A DNA stretch of 64,000 nucleotides from an uncultured Rhodospirillaceae bacterium (GTDB lineage Bacteria > Pseudomonadota > Alphaproteobacteria > UBA9219), in contig CAZVCG010000004.1 in NCBI GenBank assembly GCA_964626265.1, forward strand, positions 5,713 through 69,712, given 5' to 3'. Below the pieces are notes generated by a model, which had not been told where the DNA came from, searched no databases, and was given only the letters and a program-made list of their open reading frames with translations. This document shows, in pieces, positions 18,526-27,434 of the stretch. Position 1 is the first letter of the stretch. Every line of letters begins with the position of its first letter. The position numbers were made by a program, and so were the translations under genes.

Positions 18526-20604
18526 ATGCCCATCGCCGCCCCCGAGTCCTGGTCCAACGAAGCCGTTGACGCGTTTTCCGACGCTTTTTATGATGCCAAG
18601 CCATTGAAATTACAGCCTGTTGAAGAAAACACGCTTCCATCTTGGCTATGGTTAAAGCGACCTGCTGATAATCGCGTTGTTAACGAATCAAGTATTTACC
18701 AAGTTATCGAACGCGTCGCCGCCTCGGCCGCTTATCTCGGCTGGAAAAAAGGCCTCTGGCAGGACGAATCCGAAGCCCGCGCCTTTTACGACGACGTCAG
18801 CTATATGCTCACGCACCGCATGATCGCGCTTGAGCCAAAGGATATGAAATTGTTGGGCGTTGACTGGGCGTATGGAACGACAACCCATTCACCATCACAA
18901 ACAAAAACTTCGCATTTCTCTGCAACCCACACCATCACCAACACCGCAATAGACGCCATCATCAGCGGCACGGAACCTGAGCAGAGGACCAATTGGCAGA
19001 GGTTTCTGCGCGGCTCCAAAGAGGCCAAGCCGCTAACATTGAAATTCGCGGATACGGCACAGGAATGGGGAACAGCGGGCGCTTCGGCGACGCAGGCCTC
19101 CGGTGATAATGCTCCCCGGCTTGCCATCGATCTGTTCAAATTCCTGCGCGAGGACGGCTCTCTGGCCCTCACGGTGCTTCAACATGCCGTACGGCTCTCC
19201 GTTCTACTTCTTGAATTGCATTATGAAGCTCTTTCGATCTCGAACGATCCCGAGCGCAAGCTAGCCATCGGTTATGTCAACCTCTCCCCGCTCCTTATGG
19301 CCATGGGCCATCCCTACGACAGCGCCATCGCCCGCTCTACGGCCGCCGCCTTAAGCGCTATCATCACCGCAGAAGCAGTCATTACGTCATCGGAAATCGC
19401 CGCGACGTTCGGTCCTTGTCACGCCTTTGCCGACAACCGCGAAGCCGCGCTGCGCGCCCTGCGCAACCGCCACCGCGCCGTCTATGGTGAGCGCAACGAC
19501 TATGAACACCTCTCCATCCTCCCCTCCCCCCTCGACGTTGACGACGGCGCCGACCTTGTTCTTCTTGCGGCAGCGCGACGTTCTTGGGACGAAGCCATCG
19601 CCGAAGTCCAGAACCACGGACTGCGCCATTTGCAGCTGACCGCGCTCTTTAATGCGCAGGTTTTCATACCCTTGCTGGATTGTTCATCGCAGGGCATCGA
19701 GCCGGAACGCCACCTCGTTCGTCAGCAATCCTTGGGACCCGAAACGTTCCGGCGCGTGTTGAACCCGGCTGTGGCCAAAGCTTTGCGTATCGCCAAACTC
19801 GATGTCGCCGATATCAAGGCCATTACCGATTATGCCGTCGGCTATCACACGCTTGTAGGAGCGCCAGCTATCAGCCATGACGCTTTGCGCGCCAAAGGTT
19901 TCGATGGCCCATCACTTGAACGTTTGGAATCCTATCTGCCGCATGTCAGCCATATCCGTCAGGCCTTTACGGTATGGATTTTGGGTGACGCATTCTGTCG
20001 CGAGAGCCTGAATATCGACTCCCCCGATTTGCTCGACCCGCGCTTCGACCTTTTGAAGCACATAGGTTTCAGCGAAAAAGACATCGCCGTGGCCAACGCT
20101 TTCTGCTGCGGCAAAGGAACTGTGGCAGGCGCGCTTGAGTTACCCGAAAGACTAGCAAAAGCGTTGGATCTTTCTCTCCTTACGCCAGACGCCATGATCC
20201 GCATGGCGGCGGCCGTGCAAAGCATGATTATGGGCGACGTTGGCTTGACGATTGCGCTGCCTGCGACGGCCTCCATGGACGATCGCGAAAACCTGTTCCT
20301 GTCGGCATGGATGCAGGGATTGAAAAGCGTTACGTTGACGTTCGAGCGCAAGTTCGCGTTGCAAGGACATGCACACGATCATGCGATGGACAAGCACGAA
20401 CGCCGCGTTCAGCAGCGCAAACTTTTACAAAGGAAAATATTGCAGCCGCCCGTGCCGATTCCTTCGCACAAACGCGCATCGCTGCACATGAAAGTTCCCG
20501 CCCACGCATCAAAGCCCCTCGCAAAACACAAAGAAAGAGCGCATACCCGAGCCGTGAGCCTCAAACGCAGCGCGGCGAAGGTGATGCAGACACGGGTGAA
20601 GTGA
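18526..20604 (+). CDS. Class II ribonucleotide reductase (NrdJ) paralogue lacking recognisable catalytic-cysteine motifs; possible pseudo-enzyme
   Basis: Several blocks align with NrdJ/RNR: IAAPESWSNEAVDAFSDAFYDAK, ERVAASAAYLGW...FYDDVSYML, AVRLSVLLLE, KLAIGYVNLSPLLMAMGHPYDS, GLKSVTLTFERK. The NPCGE/SNLCxE thiyl-radical motif is not found; the aligned site reads DNAPRLAID. Confidence 0.6.
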   Translation: MPIAAPESWSNEAVDAFSDAFYDAKPLKLQPVEENTLPSWLWLKRPADNRVVNESSIYQVIERVAASAAYLGWKKGLWQDESEARAFYDDVSYMLTHRMIALEPKDMKLLGVDWAYGTTTHSPSQTKTSHFSATHTITNTAIDAIISGTEPEQRTNWQRFLRGSKEAKPLTLKFADTAQEWGTAGASATQASGDNAPRLAIDLFKFLREDGSLALTVLQHAVRLSVLLLELHYEALSISNDPERKLAIGYVNLSPLLMAMGHPYDSAIARSTAAALSAIITAEAVITSSEIAATFGPCHAFADNREAALRALRNRHRAVYGERNDYEHLSILPSPLDVDDGADLVLLAAARRSWDEAIAEVQNHGLRHLQLTALFNAQVFIPLLDCSSQGIEPERHLVRQQSLGPETFRRVLNPAVAKALRIAKLDVADIKAITDYAVGYHTLVGAPAISHDALRAKGFDGPSLERLESYLPHVSHIRQAFTVWILGDAFCRESLNIDSPDLLDPRFDLLKHIGFSEKDIAVANAFCCGKGTVAGALELPERLAKALDLSLLTPDAMIRMAAAVQSMIMGDVGLTIALPATASMDDRENLFLSAWMQGLKSVTLTFERKFALQGHAHDHAMDKHERRVQQRKLLQRKILQPPVPIPSHKRASLHMKVPAHASKPLAKHKERAHTRAVSLKRSAAKVMQTRVK

Positions 20605-20635
20605 GATTCGAAACGCCGGATAGCCTTGCAAGGCA

Positions 20636-21301
20636 TCAAACCGAGTTCTCAAGCAGTTTCGAGCTGACGGCGGGAGATTTTACGTCCTCTCTCGACGGTC
20701 CTTTTTTGCATTTCGTTTGCGCGCCCCTGCGGCGGAAAAAGGCGCCGGAACGGCTATCGGGATAATTGTCTTCATGCTTTTGAGGAAAAGGTATTACGTT
20801 TGCGCCATGTCCGGACTTTAGCGAGTCATCAGGCTTATTCAAGGTTTCAGGATGACGAAAATCATGGATAATTTCCTTGAGGACGGCATAGTTTTCCCGA
20901 AAAGAGATGCTTGCAGAACTATATGCCGCTTTGGCGCTTGCGGTAAGATTGCGGCCAGCCTGAATGAACGACCGGATCGTTTTTATGCGCCGATTAGTCA
21001 GGGCATCGGAGAAACCATGAACCATGCCGCCGATCTCTTCTATATTGTGCGGAAGACGGCCGATTTTCTCATGAACGCTTTTTTTAAGATTGTGGACATG
21101 AAGCGGCAGATTTTGGGTAAATTCCACTGCCGCAAATGCCGGATCTTCCAGACCCTTCATAAAAAAATGCATAGCTACTAAACCCGCGAGGGGATTCTCC
21201 CCCCTTGCTGCGGCATAAATGCAACCGCAACCGAGGGCTGTGTAGGCTGCGTGCTTGAAAATTTTAACTATAAGCGGTGTGTTCTTCCGCTGCTTCTCCA
21301 T
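20636..21301 (-). CDS. Hypothetical protein
   Basis: 222-aa ORF from ATG 21301 (MEKQRKNTPLIV...). No recognisable motifs. The track ORF extends to 21355. Confidence 0.4.
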   Translation of the reverse strand: MEKQRKNTPLIVKIFKHAAYTALGCGCIYAAARGENPLAGLVAMHFFMKGLEDPAFAAVEFTQNLPLHVHNLKKSVHEKIGRLPHNIEEIGGMVHGFSDALTNRRIKTIRSFIQAGRNLTASAKAAYSSASISFRENYAVLKEIIHDFRHPETLNKPDDSLKSGHGANVIPFPQKHEDNYPDSRSGAFFRRRGAQTKCKKGPSREDVKSPAVSSKLLENSV

Positions 21302-21520
21302 GGCCCTTCCCTTCAATTTCAATAAGTTACTAAAAAAAAGAACTAACTCTTGCATTCAGGACATACCCTAAATCACAAAAGCGGCAAAAAAATGGTTCCA
21401 TCTATGGTTTTTTCATGAATCTATTAATTAAATCATAAGATTAATTTCAGTCTTTCCCAAAAAGCATTTTTTGAACGGGTATACCTGAAAGTAACAATGG
21501 GTGTGTTCGTAAAAACACAA

Positions 21521-21733
21521 TTAATCGAGCTTACTTGACTTATATGGAAACGTTAAGTCGTTCGGGTCGAAAAACGCGCGGTAACGTTTATAGGCCTCTA
21601 CCAATTCCGGCATGTAATTAACGAGTGGCCTCAACCGGCAGAGTCCGATCAGGTACAATGGCGGGTTGTAACCGCCATGGTTAAACATGCTTTGTTTGCT
21701 GTATTTCTTGTAAGATATGTTGCGTAAGATCAT
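21521..21733 (-). CDS. Putative BrnA-like (ribbon-helix-helix) antitoxin
   Basis: Small ORF immediately downstream of BrnT, overlapping it by 53 nt. RLRPLVNYMPELVEAYKRYRA resembles the RHH strand-helix of BrnA. Start uncertain. Confidence 0.4.
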   Translation of the reverse strand: MILRNISYKKYSKQSMFNHGGYNPPLYLIGLCRLRPLVNYMPELVEAYKRYRAFFDPNDLTFPYKSSKLD

Positions 21734-21989
21734 ATAAATAATCTTCTCCCTTCATTAGCCGTCTAAGGCCAAATACGATGACGGTCTCGCCTTCGAGTTG
21801 AAAGACAAGCTGGTACAAACGCCCACGAATTTTGCCTACGGCCCTATAATATTGGCTGCCTCCATGCATATACGCCTTTGTGCACAGTGAGGCATTCGTC
21901 CAGTCGAACTCCCACGCCATATTGAAATTCAATCCCGTTTCGGCAATGTTTTTGGCATTTATTTTTGGATCGTAATCGATGTGAAACAC
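21681..21989 (-). CDS. brnT: BrnT-family toxin (DUF497, RelE-like ribonuclease)
   Basis: FHIDYDPKINAKNIAETGLNFNMAWEF ... YRAVGKIRGRLYQLVFQLEGETVIVFGLRRLMKGE matches the BrnT pattern (F.WD..K...N..KHG..F.EA...F......R....G...G.L..VV.T.R....RIIS.R). Confidence 0.6.
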   Translation of the reverse strand: MFHIDYDPKINAKNIAETGLNFNMAWEFDWTNASLCTKAYMHGGSQYYRAVGKIRGRLYQLVFQLEGETVIVFGLRRLMKGEDYLYDLTQHILQEIQQTKHV

Positions 21990-22110
21990 ATTTCCCCTTA
22001 TGCATTGCCGGTTACGTTGCGCTTACAATATTAGGAATATAATTCTATCTTGCGGAAAAGTCACGCGTTTTGTTTGGTTAATGGGGGATTTTCAAAAATG
22101 CCTTCAATAT

Positions 22111-22243
22111 GTCATCCCGACTAAAGTCGGGATCCAGTAGATATGGACAATATATTTCACTGTAATTGACACGTTGAACCGCCCAGACAAGGGCCAGTAA
22201 TTAATGGATGCTCCCTCTGGACCCCGACTTTCGTCGGGATGAC
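22111..22243. mobile_element. 133-bp palindromic repeat element (MITE/RPE-like), intergenic copy
   Basis: 25-nt palindromes in inverted orientation at both ends: 22111-22135 gtcatcccgactaaagtcgggatcc and 22219-22243 ggaccccgactttcgtcgggatgac. The internal sequence is related to the copy inside yejF. Confidence 0.55.
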
Positions 22244-22267
22244 GCCAATGGCAGCGCCTCCCTAGAC

Positions 22268-23905
22268 TTACTCGGCCAGTTTCTTCGCGACGTAGGCGCG
22301 GACTTTGTCAAGCGTGACGCGTTCCTGCTGCGCCGTGTCGCGGTCGCGGATCGTGACGGCCTGATCCTTGAGCGTGTCGCCGTCGATGGTGACGCAATAC
22401 GGCGTGCCGCATTCGTCCATACGGGCGTAGCGCTTGCCGATGGATTGCTTGGCGTCGTACTGGCACATGTAATCCTTGCGCAAGTCCATATAAAGCTTTT
22501 CGGCGACTTCGGGCATCCCGTCCTTGTTGACGAGCGGGAAGATGCCCATCTTGACCGGCGCGAGGGACGGCTTGATCTTGAGCCATTCCGGCGACGGACG
22601 GCTTTCGTCGTATTGATAAGCTTCGCACAGCAAGACCAGCACGCCGCGCGTCAGGCCGCTCGACGGCTCGACGACATGCGGCACATAGCGGCGGTTCGCT
22701 TCCTGATCGAAGTAGTCCAGCTTTTGCTTGCTGAACGTCTGGTGCTGCGTAAGGTCGTAATCGGTGCGATACGCCACGCCTTCCAGTTCGCCGAAGCCCG
22801 GCGACGTGAACGGGTATTTGTATTCGATGTCGGATGTGCCTTTGGAATAATGCGCGAGGTCTTGCGGCGCAATAATATGGCGGAACAGGTTTTCCGCCTT
22901 GACGCCGCAGCTTTCCCACCATTTCATGCGCAAGGCCACCCAGAACTCGTACCATGACAGGCCGTCTTCGGGCGCGCAGAAGAACTCGATCTCCATCTGC
23001 TCGAACTCGCGCACGCGGAAGATGAAGTTGCGCGGCGTGACTTCGTTGCGGAACGCCTTGCCGATTTGCGCGACGCCGAACGGGATCTTCACGCGGCAGG
23101 TATCGACGATATTCTTGTATTGCAGAAAGATGCCCTGCGCCGTTTCGGGCCGGAGATAGACTTTGCTGGCCTCGTCCTGAAGAACGCCCACGTGCGATTC
23201 AAACATCAGGTTGAACATGCGCGGCTCTGTCAAATCGCCGCCGCATTCGGGACAAGGCATGATAAGGCCCGTTTGCGCTTTTTGTTCCGTGGCCAGATAA
23301 CGTAGCAACTCAATTAAAGGCAGCGGCGACGGCGTATCCTTCTTATCCTCAACCAGCCATGACAGCGTGACCTGGGGATTTCTGACTAGCGCAAGACCGG
23401 GAGCCAGTTTTTTGCCTTTCTTCTGCGCCCATTGCAGGGCGGCTCCGGAGTCAAAAACGACTATGCTTCTCAATAAGGCGCCAAGCTCCAGAGAGTCCAC
23501 GGCAGCAACCTTCATGGCATCCGCAAACGATTTGACCCACTCGGCTTCATGAAGCATGTCCTCGACATGATCGGCGCGGAAAAGCTTTTTGCACTTGCGG
23601 CATGTTTGCATCGGATCGGCAAAACCGCCGACGTGGCCCGAGGCGTGCCACGTGGTCGGGTGCTGGATGATCGTGCTGTCGAGGCCGAGGATCGACATCG
23701 GCTTGCCGTCAGGGCCAAGCGGCGGACATTCCACCGTTTCGCGCCACCACTTGTCGCGCAGGTGGTTCTTGAGCTGCGTGCCGAGCGGGCCGAAATCCCA
23801 GAAACCGTTCAAACCGCCGTAAATCTCCGAGGCGGGATAAATAAACCCGCGGCGTTTGCACAAGGAGACAATGCGGTTCATGAGAGGCGTTTCGGGGGCG
23901 GCCAT
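22268..23905 (-). CDS. glyQS: Glycine--tRNA ligase, homodimeric alpha2 type
   Basis: N-terminal IVSLCKRRGFIYPASEIYGG..G.WD.GPLG is the class II alpha2 GlyRS signature, with an anticodon-binding C-terminus. Start set at ATG 23905; the track ORF is 105 nt longer. Confidence 0.85.
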   Translation of the reverse strand: MAAPETPLMNRIVSLCKRRGFIYPASEIYGGLNGFWDFGPLGTQLKNHLRDKWWRETVECPPLGPDGKPMSILGLDSTIIQHPTTWHASGHVGGFADPMQTCRKCKKLFRADHVEDMLHEAEWVKSFADAMKVAAVDSLELGALLRSIVVFDSGAALQWAQKKGKKLAPGLALVRNPQVTLSWLVEDKKDTPSPLPLIELLRYLATEQKAQTGLIMPCPECGGDLTEPRMFNLMFESHVGVLQDEASKVYLRPETAQGIFLQYKNIVDTCRVKIPFGVAQIGKAFRNEVTPRNFIFRVREFEQMEIEFFCAPEDGLSWYEFWVALRMKWWESCGVKAENLFRHIIAPQDLAHYSKGTSDIEYKYPFTSPGFGELEGVAYRTDYDLTQHQTFSKQKLDYFDQEANRRYVPHVVEPSSGLTRGVLVLLCEAYQYDESRPSPEWLKIKPSLAPVKMGIFPLVNKDGMPEVAEKLYMDLRKDYMCQYDAKQSIGKRYARMDECGTPYCVTIDGDTLKDQAVTIRDRDTAQQERVTLDKVRAYVAKKLAE

Positions 23906-24002
23906 ATGATGTCCTTTACATAAGTGCGTGTTAGAAACGCCCAGCTTATCAAGACTTTGGGCCCAAGCCAATGGGGGTTTTAGCGTTGAAAAAGCCTTAA
24001 AA

Positions 24003-24827
24003 TCAAGCAAGGCGGGCGTCGGCTTCCTTGATTTGCTTTTGCAGGGCGCGCCACGCGATGCTGCTCACGATGCCGTGCCAGAAATAATGGCCGATGAAGC
24101 CGCAGGCTTTCAGGATCATGGCGACGATGCGGTCCATGTCCTGCCGCGTGTAAGGCGTGAACGCGCGCGTGAGATAAGCGTCGGCGCAGGCCTGGCGTTT
24201 ATAGGGATAGCCGTCCGGCGCATTGGAGGCGTGATAGGCGAACGCCAGCTCATCGTCGCCGGACTCCTTAATGCGTTCGATAGCGACCCGGAAACGTTTC
24301 AGGCGGCTCATTTTCTCATGTTTTACGTAGCCCGTGAGGTGGCTGTAGAACATAGCATAGTGCTTGAACTCGTCGCCCGCGATGTTATGGCAGATCGCTT
24401 TCAGGAGCGGCTCGTCCGTCGCGCGGCCAAGCGCAGTGTAATAGGAACTTGTTCCGACCTCGACAACGCAGCGGGAAACTAACTCGCCTGCGCGTGAACC
24501 GCGCGAGGATTGGCTGGCCGCAACGTCGATTTTGTGCCCGTCCTTGTATCGCGCGAAAGCCTTGCCGAATTTGAACGACGGATCGGCGATCTGCGCGTAG
24601 CGGCCCAGCGTTTCGCCGTGCTGGCGTTCTTCCGCCGCCCAGTAGCTGACGGCGCGCTGAAAGATGGGGTCGTCGGCGAAAACGTGATTAAGGTATTGCT
24701 CATAGTCGTCCGCGCCGTATTCGACCATGGCGGCGGCTTTGACGATCATCAAATGGTCGGAATTGAGTCTTTTGGGATCAAAAGAGTCCCATGGCAGGTC
24801 GTCGATGGTCCAGCGTTCTTTCTTCAT
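24003..24827 (-). CDS. Ferritin-like diiron-carboxylate protein (acyl-ACP-desaturase-like)
   Basis: Two ExxH-type motifs, AAEERQHGE and AGDEFKHYA, reminiscent of the EENRHG / DExRHE motifs of soluble diiron desaturases and oxygenases. Confidence 0.5.
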   Translation of the reverse strand: MKKERWTIDDLPWDSFDPKRLNSDHLMIVKAAAMVEYGADDYEQYLNHVFADDPIFQRAVSYWAAEERQHGETLGRYAQIADPSFKFGKAFARYKDGHKIDVAASQSSRGSRAGELVSRCVVEVGTSSYYTALGRATDEPLLKAICHNIAGDEFKHYAMFYSHLTGYVKHEKMSRLKRFRVAIERIKESGDDELAFAYHASNAPDGYPYKRQACADAYLTRAFTPYTRQDMDRIVAMILKACGFIGHYFWHGIVSSIAWRALQKQIKEADARLA

Positions 24828-25043
24828 GGCAGTGCACCGTGAATAAGCGGACAGCCCAGTCTTGTCGAGATCAAATCAATGGTTATAGCGACCTTTGCTT
24901 GCCGCCCTTGATGTCATCTTCCATAAAATACTGATATTTTTGCGGTTTGCTAATGCAGTTAACCATACCCGTTCATGAAATCTTTAGAAAAGTCTTTGCA
25001 TATTATCGTTGTATGCTAGCAAGTTCATTGTGGAATCGAAATT

Positions 25044-25910
25044 ATGAACGATAAGCCTCCTATCATTATCCTCGGCGGACGTAGCCTCGTCGCGCCTTAT
25101 CTTATCAAACGGCTTGCTAATGAAAATTTGCGCGCCGATGTCATTTCACGCGGTAAAGTGGATTTGCCGGAAGGTTTCCGATCCATCTCTCTCGAATTGG
25201 GCCAGACCGTAGACTGGCACGCGCCGGAAAAAGCGATTGTAATTAGCTTGCTTCCCCTCGGCGTTCTGACGACCAATCTCGCGAGGTTTTCCAAGGCCCA
25301 GGCAATCGTCGCGCTCGGCTCCACAAGCCGTTTCAGCAAATGCGCTAGCGGCGATCCCTTTGAACGCGCCATCGCCGAAAATCTGGAAATGGCCGAAAAC
25401 ATTCTCAAACCTTGGTGCGTGAAGAACAAGATCGTTTACACGCTCTTGCGCCCAACGCTGATTTATGACGGCATGAACGACCAAAACATCGCCCGCATCG
25501 CGCGTATAATCATGAAGTCGGGATTTTTCCCCGTGGCTGCGCCCGCCAAAGGACTGCGCCAGCCTATTCATGCCGACGACGTGGCCAAGGCCATCATGAA
25601 TGCGCTCGGCAACGCAAGCGTTTATAACAAATGCCTGAATATCGCCGGCGGACAGGTTCTGCCCTACCGGACGATGGTTGAAACAGTATTTCAGTCGATG
25701 GGCAAAAAACCGCGTATCGTGGCTTTGCCTACGCCCGTCCTGCAACGGCTGTTTCAGATGGCCACAAAACTTGGCCTGTTAAATGAATCCGGCTTTGGCT
25801 TCGAAGTCTTCAAGCGCATGAACGACGATCTGGTCTTCGATAACGACGAAGGCATGAAGCTTCTGAACTACGCGCCGCGCGAGTTCGAGCCGAAAGTGAA
25901 GGTTTCGTAA
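25044..25910 (+). CDS. NAD(P)-binding Rossmann-fold protein, atypical SDR / epimerase-dehydratase family
   Basis: N-terminal IIILGGRSLVAPYLIKRL Rossmann-like start; overall SDR-extended architecture; 288 aa. Confidence 0.55.
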   Translation: MNDKPPIIILGGRSLVAPYLIKRLANENLRADVISRGKVDLPEGFRSISLELGQTVDWHAPEKAIVISLLPLGVLTTNLARFSKAQAIVALGSTSRFSKCASGDPFERAIAENLEMAENILKPWCVKNKIVYTLLRPTLIYDGMNDQNIARIARIIMKSGFFPVAAPAKGLRQPIHADDVAKAIMNALGNASVYNKCLNIAGGQVLPYRTMVETVFQSMGKKPRIVALPTPVLQRLFQMATKLGLLNESGFGFEVFKRMNDDLVFDNDEGMKLLNYAPREFEPKVKVS

Positions 25911-25913
25911 CGC

Positions 25914-27434
25914 TTAACTCTGCAGCAACCTGCGCAACAATTCCACGTCTTCGCGGAACGTAGCGTCGTAAGCCGACAATTCCTCGATCTTCTTGACGGC
26001 GTGGATCACCGTTGTGTGGTCGCGGCCGCCGAATTTGCGGCCGATTTCCGGCAAGCTGCGCGGCGTAAGCTGCTTGGCCAAATACATGGCAACCTGACGC
26101 GGGCGCGCCACGGCCCGAGCGCGTCGCGCGGAATGCATATCCGTCAGGCGGACGTTGTAGTGTTCGGCGACCTTTTTCTGGATTTCGTCGATCGTGATGC
26201 GGCGTTCTGTCGAGCGCAATAAATCCGCCAGAACTTCATGCGTCATCTCAATGGATATTGTGCGTCCGACGAGTTGGGCGTGCGCCACGATGCGGTTGAG
26301 CGCGCCTTCAAGCTCGCGGATGTTCGACGTGATCTTGTGCGCGAGGAATTCGATGACTTTGTCCGGCACCGGACAGCCAAGTTTCTCTGCTTTTGCCGCT
26401 AGAATGCCGAGACGCAATTCGTAATTCGCAGGATGCAGGTCGGCCACGAGGCCCCAGCCGAGGCGCGAACGCAAGCGTTCTTCCATGCGGTCGAGATCCT
26501 GAGGCGATTTATCCGCCGAGACGATGACCTGACGGTTGCGGTCGACGAGCGAGTTAAAAGTATGGAAGAACTCTTCCTGCGTCGTGTCCTTGCCGCCGAT
26601 GAACTGAACGTCGTCGATCATCAGAACGTCGACCGAGCGGAATTGCTCCTTGAAGGAAACGGTGTCCTTGAAACGCAAAGCGCGCACAAACTGGTACATG
26701 AACTTTTCCGCCGACATATAAATGACGCGGCGGTGCGGATAGGTATTGCGGATGTGCCACGCGATGGCGTGCATCAAGTGCGTCTTGCCCAGCCCTACCC
26801 CGCCATAGAGAAACAGAGGGTTAAAGGACGGCGTTTCCGTGTCCGCGACGCGGCGTGCGGCGGCATAGGCCAGTTCGTTAGGTTTGCCGACGACGAAATT
26901 CTCGAACGTAAAGCGCGGATCAAGCGGCGCTTCCATGGACGGCGAAGAATTAGCGGGATCTGAAGAACCGGCGCTAATAAATGATGGCTTGGGCGCCGAA
27001 ACGACAGGCTGCGGCTCCCTAAATTCGGTAACCGTGGGTTGCTCTACCCGGGCATCCGCAACCACGCTCACGGCGGGTTTTGCGATGGGCGAGACGACCT
27101 TAAGCTCAACCTGTCCGTTCTTGACGAATTGCATCCACATCGTGCGGATCGTGTCGCCGTAATGCGCTTCGACCCAGTCGCGCATGAAGCGTGTCGGAAG
27201 CGACAGCTGCAGCAAGGTCACTCCGCCTTGCTCTGATATTTCTCCGGCAACAGGCTCTAGCCATCGGCGAAAAGCCGTTTCGCCTAATTGCGCTCTCAGA
27301 CGTTCGCGCAGTTGCCGCCAAGCCGCTTCTGACTCCGTTGCCGATGCCGACATTGCTGCGCCCTTTTCATCTCCGTCAAAACCACTTTCCTTAGCTTGAT
27401 GCGCGAGAGCTAAATTTGACACCATAGTCTCCAT
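25914..27434 (-). CDS. dnaA: Chromosomal replication initiator DnaA
   Basis: AAA+ Walker A (LFLYGGVGLGKTHL), box VII, and C-terminal DNA-binding domain (TTVIHAVKKIEEL). Several in-frame start candidates at the N-terminus. Confidence 0.95.
   Translation of the reverse strand: METMVSNLALAHQAKESGFDGDEKGAAMSASATESEAAWRQLRERLRAQLGETAFRRWLEPVAGEISEQGGVTLLQLSLPTRFMRDWVEAHYGDTIRTMWMQFVKNGQVELKVVSPIAKPAVSVVADARVEQPTVTEFREPQPVVSAPKPSFISAGSSDPANSSPSMEAPLDPRFTFENFVVGKPNELAYAAARRVADTETPSFNPLFLYGGVGLGKTHLMHAIAWHIRNTYPHRRVIYMSAEKFMYQFVRALRFKDTVSFKEQFRSVDVLMIDDVQFIGGKDTTQEEFFHTFNSLVDRNRQVIVSADKSPQDLDRMEERLRSRLGWGLVADLHPANYELRLGILAAKAEKLGCPVPDKVIEFLAHKITSNIRELEGALNRIVAHAQLVGRTISIEMTHEVLADLLRSTERRITIDEIQKKVAEHYNVRLTDMHSARRARAVARPRQVAMYLAKQLTPRSLPEIGRKFGGRDHTTVIHAVKKIEELSAYDATFREDVELLRRLLQS

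Noticed and set aside
22208-22957. Long ORFs (249 aa plus-strand, and 215 aa in another minus-strand frame at 22308-22955) overlapping glyQS
   Set aside because: They lie entirely inside the well-supported GlyRS gene, in a GC-rich stretch. The products are Arg/Ala-rich low-complexity sequences typical of spurious frames.
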